The notes beneath the pieces are model-generated. The model did no database searches. It had not been told where the DNA came from and worked only from the letters and a program-made list of their open reading frames with translations. Both the position numbers and the translations under genes were made by a program. A stretch of 64,000 bases of DNA from assembly GCA_903825105.1 (NCBI GenBank), contig CAIJZI010000009.1:216-64215 (forward strand), written 5' to 3'. This DNA is from an uncultured bacterium (GTDB taxonomy: Bacteria > Patescibacteriota > Minisyncoccia > Phycocordibacterales > Phycocordibacteraceae). Positions 1 to 9,699 of this stretch are shown one piece after another; position 1 is the first letter of the stretch, and each line of letters opens with the position of its first letter.

Positions 1-246
1 ATTGACTGGCTCCTAGGCGGGAGTATTCTTGACACTCTTTTATATACGCGCGAGAGAAAAAATATGGATAAGCATTTTTCTGCACACGAATTAACCAACG
101 CCCTTTCTAAAAAAATCACACATCCCTTCTCTCGCAGTCAGCTCGATCACATTCTCGTTCCCTGTTCTTTTTCTATAAAAAACACTGGCGTTATTTCTGA
201 CCGACACGGCTCTGACCACTGCCCGGTGTGGATAGAAATCGGATAA
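1..246 (+). CDS. Partial CDS (5' end outside window): C-terminus of an exonuclease/endonuclease/phosphatase (EEP) family nuclease, ExoIII-like
   Basis: Open frame runs from nt 1; C-terminal motif SDHCPVWIEI matches the EEP-family catalytic SDHxPV motif. Confidence 0.5.
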   Translation: MDWLLGGSILDTLLYTRERKNMDKHFSAHELTNALSKKITHPFSRSQLDHILVPCSFSIKNTGVISDRHGSDHCPVWIEIG

Positions 247-285
247 CTGAACTTGACTATATATAGGTATCCGCGTTATGAGTGA

Positions 286-2715
286 ATGGATAACCTGCAA
301 ATGAAAAAACTTTTAATCGTCGAGTCGCCAACTAAGGCGCGCACTATAGGGAACTACTTAGGTAAGGACTACACCGTTCTCGCTTCGGTTGGTCATGTGC
401 GCGATCTGCCAAAGTCGAATAAAGATGCGGTGGATATCGAAGGCGGATTTATCCCGCGCTATGTTGTTTCTCCCGACAAGCATGAAGTGATAGAAAAAAT
501 AAAAAACGCAGTGGCGAAGGCTGATGAAGTGTATCTCGCGACCGACCCCGACCGCGAGGGCGAAGCGATCGCTTGGCATATTAAAGAGGTCGCACATTTA
601 AAGAATCCAAAGCGTGTCGCCTTTCACGAGATTACCAAGGATGCGATTGAAGAGGCGCTCGCTCACCCGAGACCAATCGACGAACATCTGCGCGCCGCGC
701 AGGAGGCGCGGCGCGTCTTGGATCGCATTGTCGGCTATGATCTCTCCGGGCTCATCTGGAAAAAGGTTCGCTACGGACTCTCAGCTGGGCGCGTACAGTC
801 GCCAGCGCTCCGCATCCTCGCCGAGCGCGAACGCGAGATAAAGGCTTTTATTCCTGAAATATATTTCGTACTCTCCGCACTCTTTAAATCTAAAGGTGGC
901 GAGATCTCTACCACCTGTTCAGAAAAGCCAAAGACAAAAGAAGAAGCCGATCGCATCGTGCGCGAAGGCCGTGGAGCAGTGTGGAGCGTCGCGAATGTGA
1001 CAGAAAAAGCAGAGGATCGTAATCCACGCCCTCCGTTTACCACCTCGACTCTCCAACAAGCGGCTTCGACTCGGCTCGGCTTCGCGCCCTCGCGCGCGAT
1101 GCGCGCTGCACAGAAGCTCTATGAAGCCGGGCACATTACCTATATGCGTACTGATTCGGTTAATCTCTCAAAAGAGGCTGTGGCGAAGATCGCGAGCGCA
1201 GTAGAAAAAGAGTTTGGAAAAGAATATCTCCAGGTACGCGCGTATAAAACAACAAGTAAGAATGCACAGGAGGCGCACGAAGCGATTCGTATCACCGATC
1301 CAAACAAGACCAGCGCGGGCGCAACACCCGATGAAGAAAGTCTGTATGAATTAATTCGTACTCGCACACTCGCTTCACAAATGGCAGCGGCGAAGATTAT
1401 GCGCACAGCGATCTCTGTAGAAGCAGACCCGCCTTCGCATGGCTCCGGCGAGGCAAGGGCAAATATTCCATTATTTACTGCGAATGGCTCGCGCACCCTA
1501 TTCCCCGGATGGCTCGCCCTCGATACAAAAGCTGCGGGCGAAGATGTTGAATTGCCAAAAGTTTTAATCGGCGAGAAACTCTCGCTCATCTCTCTTGGTG
1601 CAGAAGAGAAGCAGACGGAGCCGCCGAATCGCTATACTGAAGCGGGGCTTATTAAAGAATTGGAAAAGAGAGGCATCGGCAGACCATCGACCTATGCATC
1701 GATAATGAAGACGATTCAAGATCGTGGTTATGTTGAAAAACTCGCGCGTGCTTTGAAACCAACAGCGACCGGTATGGTCGTCTCGGGCTGGCTCGAAGAG
1801 CACTTCCCGAAGTATGTGAGCGACACATTCACCGCAGAGATGGAGAACGAGCTCGACGAGATCGCGCTCGGTGAACGCGGCTATACTGAAACACTTTCTG
1901 CATTTTATAAACCATTTGAAAAAGAAATACGCGCGAAAGATTCATTACCAAAAGCGACTTCGCTTGGTGCCGTGCCAAAAGAATTCACCTGTCCTCTGTG
2001 TGGCGGAGAAATGGAGTTTAAGCTCGGACGCGGCGGGATCTTTATGAGTTGTAAAAAATATCCTGACTGTACCGGCGCACGAACCGAAGAAGGCGCGGAA
2101 TTAAAAAATGATGAGCCGATTGGTATTCACCCAGAAACGGGCGCGCCGATTTTTATAAAAACGGGACGATTCGGGCCATATGTGGAGATGCCGACGAGCG
2201 AAGGCGAGGAGGTGCCGAGGTCAGCAGACCGAGGCGCTGAAGAAAAACCAAAGAAAAAAGCTACTCGAGGCAGACCAAAAGTCGCGGCTAAGAGAGCGAG
2301 CATTCCTGTTGGCACTGACCTTTCACAAGTGACGCTCGCTGACGCGGTGAAGTATCTCTCGCTCCCGCGCGAGTTGGGTATGCACCCATCAACCGGTAAA
2401 GCAGTGTTCGCTTCAACCGGTCGCTTCGGGCCATATGTCGGCAGCGATGGCGAATTCAGATCAATAAAGAAAAGTGATCCGTATAAAATTACACTCGATG
2501 AAGCGCTTGCCCTTCTCGCCGAGCCGAAGAAGCAATCGAGAGGCGTTGAGCTGGTAAAAGAAATCGGCGCTCACCCGCGCACCGGTAAAATGCTCTCGCT
2601 CTATAAATCGAAGCAAGGAATGTTTTTGAAAAAAGGATTGCGCCGCATTTATCTCCCCTCCTCCGTCTCTGCCGACACCATTTCTCCCGTCGAAGCCGCT
2701 GAGTATTTGAAGTGA
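286..2715 (+). CDS. topA: DNA topoisomerase I
   Basis: TOPRIM N-terminus LLIVESPTKARTIGNYLG; 809 aa with a C-terminal Zn-ribbon (CPLCGG...C) and repeated GRFGPYV modules. Confidence 0.95.
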   Translation: MDNLQMKKLLIVESPTKARTIGNYLGKDYTVLASVGHVRDLPKSNKDAVDIEGGFIPRYVVSPDKHEVIEKIKNAVAKADEVYLATDPDREGEAIAWHIKEVAHLKNPKRVAFHEITKDAIEEALAHPRPIDEHLRAAQEARRVLDRIVGYDLSGLIWKKVRYGLSAGRVQSPALRILAEREREIKAFIPEIYFVLSALFKSKGGEISTTCSEKPKTKEEADRIVREGRGAVWSVANVTEKAEDRNPRPPFTTSTLQQAASTRLGFAPSRAMRAAQKLYEAGHITYMRTDSVNLSKEAVAKIASAVEKEFGKEYLQVRAYKTTSKNAQEAHEAIRITDPNKTSAGATPDEESLYELIRTRTLASQMAAAKIMRTAISVEADPPSHGSGEARANIPLFTANGSRTLFPGWLALDTKAAGEDVELPKVLIGEKLSLISLGAEEKQTEPPNRYTEAGLIKELEKRGIGRPSTYASIMKTIQDRGYVEKLARALKPTATGMVVSGWLEEHFPKYVSDTFTAEMENELDEIALGERGYTETLSAFYKPFEKEIRAKDSLPKATSLGAVPKEFTCPLCGGEMEFKLGRGGIFMSCKKYPDCTGARTEEGAELKNDEPIGIHPETGAPIFIKTGRFGPYVEMPTSEGEEVPRSADRGAEEKPKKKATRGRPKVAAKRASIPVGTDLSQVTLADAVKYLSLPRELGMHPSTGKAVFASTGRFGPYVGSDGEFRSIKKSDPYKITLDEALALLAEPKKQSRGVELVKEIGAHPRTGKMLSLYKSKQGMFLKKGLRRIYLPSSVSADTISPVEAAEYLK

Positions 2716-2747
2716 ACAATTCCCGACTAGTGGTATAGTATGCTCCT

Positions 2748-4364
2748 ATGGCAACGGCAATCGTGACCACCAAGGAGATTATCGCCTCGATGGATCGTTC
2801 GTCCACTGAAGACGCGGCTTTTGTCGAGAAGGCATACGAATTCTCGAAGAAAGCGCACGAGGGCACGCTTCGCTATTCTGGCGATCCTTATTTCATTCAC
2901 CCAGCCGCGACGGCGAAGACACTCGCAGAATACGGCATGGACGCCGTCACAATAGCGGCAGGGCTCTTACACGACACCGTCGAAGATGGCTGCACCACGC
3001 GCGAAGAAGTTGAAAAAGAATTTGGCACTGAAACCCTTTTCCTCGTCGATGGAGTGACGAAGCTTGGTGAACACAAATATCGTGGCGCCGAACGACATGC
3101 AGAATCACTCCGCCGACTTCTTGTTGCGACTGCGAGCGACATTCGTGCACTGGTTGTGAAGCTCGCGGACAGAAAGCATAATCTCCAAACACTCGGGCAT
3201 GTGCCTGAAGAAAAGCGTCGCCGTATTGCACTCGAGACGCTCGAGATCTACGCGCCGATCGCCGATCGCCTTGGTATGGGGAAAATGAAAAGTCAGCTCG
3301 AGGATCTCGCCTTCCCCTTTGTTGATCCAGACTCTGCTGTACACACACAGGAGATGCGGAAGTTAAAGACACAAGAGTCTGAGGCGGGGCTCGCACAAGT
3401 TCAGAAAAAATTGGGGAAAGAGCTCGCGAGCAAAGGGTTAAAAAAATTCAAAACCGATATCAGAATGAAAGGCTTGTGGAGCCTGCACCAGAAATTAAAA
3501 AGAAAGCATGATGACATAAATCTCATTCACGATATCGCTGCGCTCCGTATTGTCGTTTCGACGGTTGAAGACTGCTACACCACGCTTGGCATCGTGCATT
3601 CGCTCTATAAGCCACTGCCGGGAGAGTTTAAAGACTATATCGCCTTCCCGAAGCCAAACGGTTATCAGTCGCTCCACACAACCGTTGTGACGCCAGAGGC
3701 TGGCATCGTAGAGATACAGATTCGCACCGAAGAGATGCATCTGCACGCACAGTTCGGTATCGCGTCGCATATGTCCTATAAACAACTGGGGAAAGATGTG
3801 AATAAATTGAGCTCCGATGCACAAAAAAGTAAATTCTCTTCGCTCTCCTTTTCATGGATTCGCTCTCTCGTGCCGTCGCTTATGAGAATGTCTAAAAAAG
3901 AAAATCACGATGAAAAAGCGCCCGCCAAAATACCGCCCTGGCTCGCTGAGCTCGCAGACGCGCACGCGGCGGTTACCGGTTCAAAAGAATTCGTCGATGG
4001 ATTAAAAGAGGATTTCTTTTCACACCGCGTTTTCGTCTTCACGCCCAATGGTGATGCGGTCGACCTCCCAACAGCATCAACGCCGATTGATTTTGCCTAT
4101 GCGATACACAGTGACCTCGGCAACCACCTCCAAGGCGTTAAAGTAAATGGGAAGCTCGTTTCTTTTGACACACCCCTTGATAACGGCGATGTGGTTGAAA
4201 TAATTCGTCGCGAGAATGCGCGCCCGTCACAAAAGTGGCTCGATATAGCGAAAACCTCGCTCGCTCGTCGGCACATCCGGGCGACCCTTGGTATGACCGA
4301 ACAGTCAAAAAAGCCTATTAAAATAGCGCGAAAAAGAAAAACGAAAAAGAAAGAAGAAAATTAA
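2748..4364 (+). CDS. relA/spoT: Bifunctional (p)ppGpp synthetase/hydrolase, short RelA/SpoT homolog with HD, synthetase and TGS domains and no ACT domain
   Basis: HD motif (IHPAATA...LLHDTVED), RelA/SpoT synthetase core and a TGS-like C-terminus; only 538 aa. Confidence 0.85.
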   Translation: MATAIVTTKEIIASMDRSSTEDAAFVEKAYEFSKKAHEGTLRYSGDPYFIHPAATAKTLAEYGMDAVTIAAGLLHDTVEDGCTTREEVEKEFGTETLFLVDGVTKLGEHKYRGAERHAESLRRLLVATASDIRALVVKLADRKHNLQTLGHVPEEKRRRIALETLEIYAPIADRLGMGKMKSQLEDLAFPFVDPDSAVHTQEMRKLKTQESEAGLAQVQKKLGKELASKGLKKFKTDIRMKGLWSLHQKLKRKHDDINLIHDIAALRIVVSTVEDCYTTLGIVHSLYKPLPGEFKDYIAFPKPNGYQSLHTTVVTPEAGIVEIQIRTEEMHLHAQFGIASHMSYKQLGKDVNKLSSDAQKSKFSSLSFSWIRSLVPSLMRMSKKENHDEKAPAKIPPWLAELADAHAAVTGSKEFVDGLKEDFFSHRVFVFTPNGDAVDLPTASTPIDFAYAIHSDLGNHLQGVKVNGKLVSFDTPLDNGDVVEIIRRENARPSQKWLDIAKTSLARRHIRATLGMTEQSKKPIKIARKRKTKKKEEN

Positions 4365-5356
4365 ACCGTAAAGTTAGTCACTGAATACATCTCGTCATCA
4401 AAAGGCTCGTCGGGAGCCGCGGGAATAATGGGATCAATTTCAGCTTCTGCCCCCTGTGTGTCAGAAGCTTCTTCTGGGGTGTGCTGTTCTTGTGCTGAAG
4501 CATTTTGTGCATTCGCTGTGCGAGCCGCGAGTGCATCGGCGAGCACGGACAGATCTTCTGGCGAGAAGAAGTCGATAAGGAGACGGCCGCCTTCGGCATT
4601 CGTCTCGATAATCACGCGTGTACCAAGTGTCTCGGTAAGCGACTTTTCAATCTCAACCATCTCCGGTGTCTTTCGGTGATACGAGCGCACGCGCTCCTGC
4701 GAGATCGAGCGTGCGATGCGCTCGACGGCGCGCACCGGCAATTTTTTCAAAACAATTTCTTTAAAAAGAGTTTCTAATTCTTCTGGCTTATCATTGAGCG
4801 CGAGCAGAGCGCGCGCGTGACCCTCGCTGATCTCTTTATTCACGACCGCATTCTGCATATGTTCAGGGAGAGAAAGTAGGCGCAATGAATTCGAAACATA
4901 CTCTCGGCTCTTCCCTATTTTTGCCGCGCATTCGGCGTGTGAGATACCAAATTCCTCAATCAGTTTTTTCAGTGCTTTGGCGCGATCGATCGCGTTTAAA
5001 TCTTCGCGCTGGAGATTCTCGATAATCGCGAGCTCAAGCTTCGTGAGGTTACTATCGCCGTGGCGAATCACCACGGGCACCTGCTTCAGCCCCGCGAGCT
5101 TCGACGCGCGAAGACGGCGCTCTCCGGCGATAAGCTCATACAGGCTCTCGAGACCTCCTTCTGGCTTTTCAACATCGGTACGACTCACCACGAGTGGTTG
5201 GAGCACGCCATATTGCCGGATGCTCTCGGCGAGCGAGGTGAGGCCCTCTTCGCTAAATTCGCGCCGCGGCTGATACGGGTTCGGCTGGATCCGCTCTACA
5301 TCAATCCAAAAAACGGAATCATATTTGGTCGGGACATACTTTGCATCTTCGTTCAT
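4361..5356 (-). CDS. parB: Chromosome partitioning protein ParB/Spo0J
   Basis: ParB box LQPLVV...YELIAGERRLRASKLAGL; start moved to internal Met (MNEDAKYVP) because the longer ORF runs into tRNA-Leu. Confidence 0.85.
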   Translation of the reverse strand: MNEDAKYVPTKYDSVFWIDVERIQPNPYQPRREFSEEGLTSLAESIRQYGVLQPLVVSRTDVEKPEGGLESLYELIAGERRLRASKLAGLKQVPVVIRHGDSNLTKLELAIIENLQREDLNAIDRAKALKKLIEEFGISHAECAAKIGKSREYVSNSLRLLSLPEHMQNAVVNKEISEGHARALLALNDKPEELETLFKEIVLKKLPVRAVERIARSISQERVRSYHRKTPEMVEIEKSLTETLGTRVIIETNAEGGRLLIDFFSPEDLSVLADALAARTANAQNASAQEQHTPEEASDTQGAEAEIDPIIPAAPDEPFDDEMYSVTNFTV

Positions 5357-5426
5357 GTAAAATATTTTAACATATGTTACTCTGCAATAGGCGACGCACG
5401 CTTTCGCTGAGGCTTCAGCGGGCAAG

Positions 5427-5508
5427 GCCGGGATGGCGGAATTGGTAGACGCGATGGATTCAAAACCCATTGTCGCAAGGCATGAGAGTTCGAGTCTCTC
5501 TCCCGGCA
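5427..5508 (+). tRNA. tRNA-Leu(CAA), type II with long variable arm
   Basis: Cloverleaf read by hand: acceptor GCCGGGA/TCCCGGC, anticodon loop TTCAAAA, T-arm GAGAG-TTCGAGT-CTCTC. Confidence 0.8.
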
Positions 5509-5515
5509 CAAAAAA

Positions 5516-6289
5516 TTATTCGATACTGACAAGCTTTTCTTTACCGAGCCCGTGCATTTTGGGAATGTTTATTCCTAACTCTGATTGCCAGAAGTTCTCG
5601 CTCGAGAGCAGTTCTATAATCCACGGCAGATGCCCATCTTGTGAAAAGAGCGCCCCGCCTTTTACCAAAGCGGGATAGAGATATACCAAACAAGTTTTTG
5701 TCGACGAGGCGAGGTCCACATCAATATACCCGACAATCACTGGCGTTTTGAATCCTGGCATCGTCTGATCAAAAAATCCTTTGATAAATTCGCAGTTTTT
5801 TATGCAACCATATTTCTCTACATTTTTCTTAACCTCTTCTAAAGAGCCACAATAACTCCCTTCGGGGAAATACGCGTCGCCTCCGAAGATATTCTTCCCA
5901 TGCGCCTCTTGATGATCGGGTATCCCTTCAAAAGAATCAAAGACGAGAAATTTTCTCCCCGCGATTTCAGCAGCCAAGCTTATTTTAGAAGTGCTCCCGC
6001 CCTTAAAAGAACCCGCTTCTACGATGACGCCATTCTTTTCATGCGGAATGGAAAAAATCTTATGCACGACCTCGAGCATTTCGCCTTCTCGATGCGGACA
6101 ATTTATGAAATATGATATTTTATAAAACCGTAAGATTAAAAATAATTTTTGGCGCAGGCTTATTCGCGTCTCTGGCTTTAATGCGATGAAGGTGATAATT
6201 CTCGGGAAATCATACGGGAGTGCGTTCAGCTTCCGATACAGATACAGCGCCGGCCACGGCATTTTCTTTCTTAAAAAATCTTTCATCAT
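5516..6289 (-). CDS. Class I SAM-dependent O-methyltransferase, TylF/MycF-like
   Basis: FDSFEG motif and overall TylF/MycF-like layout. Confidence 0.55.
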   Translation of the reverse strand: MMKDFLRKKMPWPALYLYRKLNALPYDFPRIITFIALKPETRISLRQKLFLILRFYKISYFINCPHREGEMLEVVHKIFSIPHEKNGVIVEAGSFKGGSTSKISLAAEIAGRKFLVFDSFEGIPDHQEAHGKNIFGGDAYFPEGSYCGSLEEVKKNVEKYGCIKNCEFIKGFFDQTMPGFKTPVIVGYIDVDLASSTKTCLVYLYPALVKGGALFSQDGHLPWIIELLSSENFWQSELGINIPKMHGLGKEKLVSIE

Positions 6290-6957
6290 TTTCGACGGAC
6301 AAGGATAAAAGGCGTCATCTCGTCGTCTTGACCCATCGGATTGTCGAGAAGCACGAGCCGAGCCGTCTTTTTATCAACGGGAGTGCCTTTACTCATCGCT
6401 ATTATTTTTATATTGATATTATTCCCGTCGATAATCACCGCGGGGACACCGAAAGTTTCTTCTATTTTAGAACAGACGACCTCCGGATCTTTGGGGGGCA
6501 AGATGGCGTATTCGGTATACGGGTACATCGCGTCGGGATTAAATCCGTCAATTTCTGAAACGCGATTCCCTGCCACGCGCCAGAAGATGCCTCTGATACC
6601 AATCAATTTTCCCAAAGTGCCCAAGAGTATAGCCGCCACGATTCTCGGAGTACCTGCCATATCGACAGCGACTTGCATCTTTTCTGCGAGTGAAAAGCCG
6701 ATATCGTCGGGATATTTTTTAACAAATTTAACAATGAGTTTCGCCAAAAAGCCCGCTTTAACCGTCGATATGTGGCGCGCATTATTTTGACAAACGGAAA
6801 CCACTTTTTCAGAAATCGCCAGCCAATCACCTTTTTGTATCTGCGGCGCGACCGAGTCGCGTATCGCTTCTAATAAATCATCATTAAAATGGAGCAAACT
6901 GGTCTTAACCGCTTGTCGTTCATAGGTAATGCCGTCGACTTCTTTAAAAGGATTCAT
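6286..6957 (-). CDS. CofE-like (F420-0:gamma-glutamyl ligase family) protein
   Basis: N-terminal GDWLAISEKVVS resembles the CofE GD.VV.SK.VS motif; size and glycine-rich core fit; 4-nt overlap with upstream gene. Confidence 0.4.
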   Translation of the reverse strand: MNPFKEVDGITYERQAVKTSLLHFNDDLLEAIRDSVAPQIQKGDWLAISEKVVSVCQNNARHISTVKAGFLAKLIVKFVKKYPDDIGFSLAEKMQVAVDMAGTPRIVAAILLGTLGKLIGIRGIFWRVAGNRVSEIDGFNPDAMYPYTEYAILPPKDPEVVCSKIEETFGVPAVIIDGNNINIKIIAMSKGTPVDKKTARLVLLDNPMGQDDEMTPFILVRRK

Positions 6958-6995
6958 ATATGAAGCAAATTATTCATCTATGATACCATCGCCTT

Positions 6996-7925
6996 ATGGC
7001 AACACAAATTCTCTGTATAGCCGGTCCCACTGCCTCGGGCAAGTCAGCTCGGGCGGTCGAAGAAGCGCTCATCCGAAGTGGTGAGATTATTTCTGTTGAC
7101 TCGCGACAGGTGTACCGCGGACTCGATATTGGGACAGAAAAAATAACAGCCGAAGAAATGCGTGGGGTGCCGCATCACCTTATCAATATCCGTGAGGTGG
7201 ATGAAAATTATTCTGCTGGCGATTTTGTTAAAGATGCTTCGCGACTGATTGAAGAAATTTATAGTCGCGGTAAATTGCCGATTCTGGTCGGCGGGACACA
7301 TTTTTATTTTGACGCACTCCTTAACGGTTTACCTGACGGCGTCGACGCAAATCCAGAACTCCGCGAAAAATTAGAAAAGGTAACGACAGAAGAATTGTAT
7401 GCGCAGGTCGTCGAACGCGATCCGCGCCGAGCAGAAGAATTGGATCCAAATAATCGCCGTCGACTTATCCGCGCGCTCGAGATTATCGAATCTTTTGGAC
7501 ATGTCCCACCACGTAGCTTACCTACGCCACCGTTTGATCCAAGGTTCAACCTTGGTAAATATAAGCGCTCTTTTAATCCAAGGTTCGACCTTGGAAAATA
7601 TGAGGTGGAATGGACCGTGATTGATCCGCCGAAAGAAGAATTAAGAAAAAGAATTGATGCGCGCCTCGCGGGCGCACTCGATCGCGGACTTATTGAAGAA
7701 GTAAAAAATGTGCGAGAAAAATTTGGCGACGCGCGACTAAACGAGCTCGGTCTCGAATATAAAATCGTCGGCGAATATCTATCCTGCTCCGCCAAGGCTA
7801 CGCAGGACGCAGAAAGTTTTCGGAATGAACTCCTCCGAAAACTTTCTGCGAAGCTCTGGCACTACGCCCGCCGTCAAAAGGCGTGGCTACGCAAATTATC
7901 ACTGAACGCCACGACACCTAAGTAA
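6996..7925 (+). CDS. miaA: tRNA dimethylallyltransferase
   Basis: P-loop ILCIAGPTASGKS and DSRQVYRGLDIGT; carries an internal tandem 13-aa repeat from a palindromic DNA insertion. Confidence 0.9.
   Translation: MATQILCIAGPTASGKSARAVEEALIRSGEIISVDSRQVYRGLDIGTEKITAEEMRGVPHHLINIREVDENYSAGDFVKDASRLIEEIYSRGKLPILVGGTHFYFDALLNGLPDGVDANPELREKLEKVTTEELYAQVVERDPRRAEELDPNNRRRLIRALEIIESFGHVPPRSLPTPPFDPRFNLGKYKRSFNPRFDLGKYEVEWTVIDPPKEELRKRIDARLAGALDRGLIEEVKNVREKFGDARLNELGLEYKIVGEYLSCSAKATQDAESFRNELLRKLSAKLWHYARRQKAWLRKLSLNATTPK
7536..7601. repeat. Tandem 39-nt palindromic repeat (2 copies, CCAAGGTTCRACCTTGG core) inserted in-frame within miaA
   Basis: Seen directly: ccaaggttcaaccttgg (7539-7555) and ccaaggttcgaccttgg (7578-7594); encodes DPRFNLGKYKRSF/NPRFDLGKYEVEW. 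Confidence 0.8.
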
Positions 7926-7928
7926 AAA

Positions 7929-8966
7929 TTAATTTCCGTATTTACCTTGGCAGATTGGCAGATAACGGTCTGTAGCATAAGCAGAAGAAAAACTTTGATG
8001 GCTTAATACACACACCGCGGCGGCGGCACTACAATGCACATCACCTGCAGCTTTTACGCATTTATTGAGAATTGTTGCATCACCACCAGCAGTAAATCCA
8101 CTTCCGTTTGGATTGAATCCTTTTTTACAATTCAGTGCAACACCTGGCGTTCCAACTGCTTCTTCGCATACAGGGATGTTATAGCAGTCGCTGTTACTCT
8201 GTAATAAAACCTGGTAGGCTCCTGCTGCGGTCGAAGCTTTTCCTGCATACTTACCACCAAGATCTTTATTCCAGAACTCATTTTCATTGTAATTGTCCTT
8301 ATTCGTTTTCCCGCAATCGCTCTCTCCTTTTGCTATACAGGCGAGCAAATTCGCAGTTTTTATCGAGACACCGGGCACAGCGTCGACAATAGTTTGAGGA
8401 TTACAAGCGTTGCCAGAAACATTGTTCACAGAAAAATCGAGCGTCTGCCCTGTCGCTGTAATACCCGTGATATCCGCCTCATTTAATTTATCTGTCGGTA
8501 AAGATCCTGCCTGCTTAAGACATAATTTGCCTTCGCCTTTTATAAGTGACGACCATGCGTCCCACCCTGGTACATCTGGGTGATATAAGGTCACCATCAC
8601 CGCATCGACAATAAGCCACGCTGAAACCGCGACGACGAGACCGATAACCGTATCCAAAATCGCTTTACCCTCTTTTGTTCTCACCGCTGGCGCGTCGGGA
8701 TGTGTGACGATATTAAAACCCGCGAAAGCGATGCGTATTGGCACGAGTAAAACAATGCCGAGAGTGAGGAGGAGTTGTATGACATTATTAACAACAGTAA
8801 TCAACATCGCCCAATTACCTGGACACAAATCAGAATCTGCAATACCCGAAGCACTCTCTGGAGGAATAATAGGCCCCCAGAACGGGATAGCAGCGTGTGC
8901 AGCTGCCGGCAATATGAGCGCGGTGGATATTAATAGAAAAAATAAAAGAAATGTGCGAGAACGCAT
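7929..8966 (-). CDS. Secreted/membrane protein with a VirB2/TrbC-like N-terminal module and a Cys-rich C-terminal domain, possibly lysozyme/transglycosylase-like
   Basis: Signal peptide, TM-KEGK-TM module like the 44.9-47.6 kb array, then many Cys and an ES...AYQ motif. Confidence 0.4.
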   Translation of the reverse strand: MRSRTFLLFFLLISTALILPAAAHAAIPFWGPIIPPESASGIADSDLCPGNWAMLITVVNNVIQLLLTLGIVLLVPIRIAFAGFNIVTHPDAPAVRTKEGKAILDTVIGLVVAVSAWLIVDAVMVTLYHPDVPGWDAWSSLIKGEGKLCLKQAGSLPTDKLNEADITGITATGQTLDFSVNNVSGNACNPQTIVDAVPGVSIKTANLLACIAKGESDCGKTNKDNYNENEFWNKDLGGKYAGKASTAAGAYQVLLQSNSDCYNIPVCEEAVGTPGVALNCKKGFNPNGSGFTAGGDATILNKCVKAAGDVHCSAAAAVCVLSHQSFSSAYATDRYLPICQGKYGN

Positions 8967-9041
8967 ATTTGTAGTATACCGCCTGAGGCTACATAGGCGA
9001 CGCCTTTTCCACTCTTTTTTATCGTGTTATCGTTACGCGAA

Positions 9042-9116
9042 GGGTCTATAGTTTCAATGGTAAAATGTCGGTCTCCAAAACCGAAGTTGCTGGTTCGAAT
9101 CCAGCTGGACCCGCCA
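9042..9116 (+). tRNA. tRNA-Trp(CCA), CCA encoded
   Basis: Acceptor GGGTCTA/TGGACCC, anticodon loop CTCCAAA, T-arm GCTGG-TTCGAAT-CCAGC. Confidence 0.85.
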
Positions 9117-9134
9117 AACGAAATAACCGCAGAA

Positions 9135-9683
9135 TTACTGAAACACGCAGAGGCTCGTGACGATCGGCTGCATAATCGCATAAATCCACCCGACGCAGAT
9201 GCCAGCGATAAGAAGATAGGCAGTACTGATAAAAATCTTTTGCACCACTCCCTTTCCTTTCCCAATTGCGACTAAACGCTCTTTCAGTGATTCGTAGAGA
9301 GCGCCAAAAAAGGTGAAAGCGATATAACAGAAGCTCACGAAGAGAAGACTGCGGAGCGCGCTGTCGCTCGAGAATGTCCGCCCTACAGAACTACAATATG
9401 ATTGTGAGAGAAATACGATAAGAGAAAGTTCTGCACTCACGAGGAAAAAAGCTTTAATAACAGTGAAGCCAACGCGAACCATTAAGATAACGAGCAGTGC
9501 GCCAACGGCGAGTAAAACGAGCGGCCACATCCCGTTGACGAACCACGCACGCAAATAACTCGAAGTAGCAATGATAATAGCACCAACAATAATCACCAGA
9601 CTGATCGGCACCACGCGCTCGATCTGATGGAGCGTCTCTCCGCCAAGTGAAATCGAATGATCTTTTTTCTGTTCTTCGTTCAT
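9135..9683 (-). CDS. Hypothetical multi-pass membrane protein
   Basis: Hydrophobic helices; start trimmed to an internal Met to avoid overlap with the ABC-F gene. Confidence 0.4.
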   Translation of the reverse strand: MNEEQKKDHSISLGGETLHQIERVVPISLVIIVGAIIIATSSYLRAWFVNGMWPLVLLAVGALLVILMVRVGFTVIKAFFLVSAELSLIVFLSQSYCSSVGRTFSSDSALRSLLFVSFCYIAFTFFGALYESLKERLVAIGKGKGVVQKIFISTAYLLIAGICVGWIYAIMQPIVTSLCVFQ

Positions 9684-9699
9684 TATTTTATTATCTCGC

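Noticed and set aside
254-282. TTGACT-17-TTATGA promoter immediately upstream of topA, and similar near-leaderless promoters for relA (TATAGT at ~2734) and miaA (TATGAT at ~6980)
   Set aside because: The hexamers are plausible, but they sit so close to the start codons that they imply leaderless mRNAs; this cannot be confirmed without TSS data, so they were not listed as features.
1140-1589. Long antisense ORFs inside topA and similar shadow ORFs in other genes (e.g. 7304-7795 in miaA, 17108-17506, 24920-25393, 34769-35305 in ppsA, 50913-51377 in gyrA)
   Set aside because: They lie entirely within well-supported genes on the opposite strand and have Arg/Ser-rich low-complexity translations typical of antisense frames in GC-biased codons.
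4361-5509. Full 382-aa ParB ORF extending upstream to 5509
   Set aside because: The extension overlaps tRNA-Leu (5427-5508); the internal Met at 5356 gives a normal ParB N-terminus, so the longer form was rejected.
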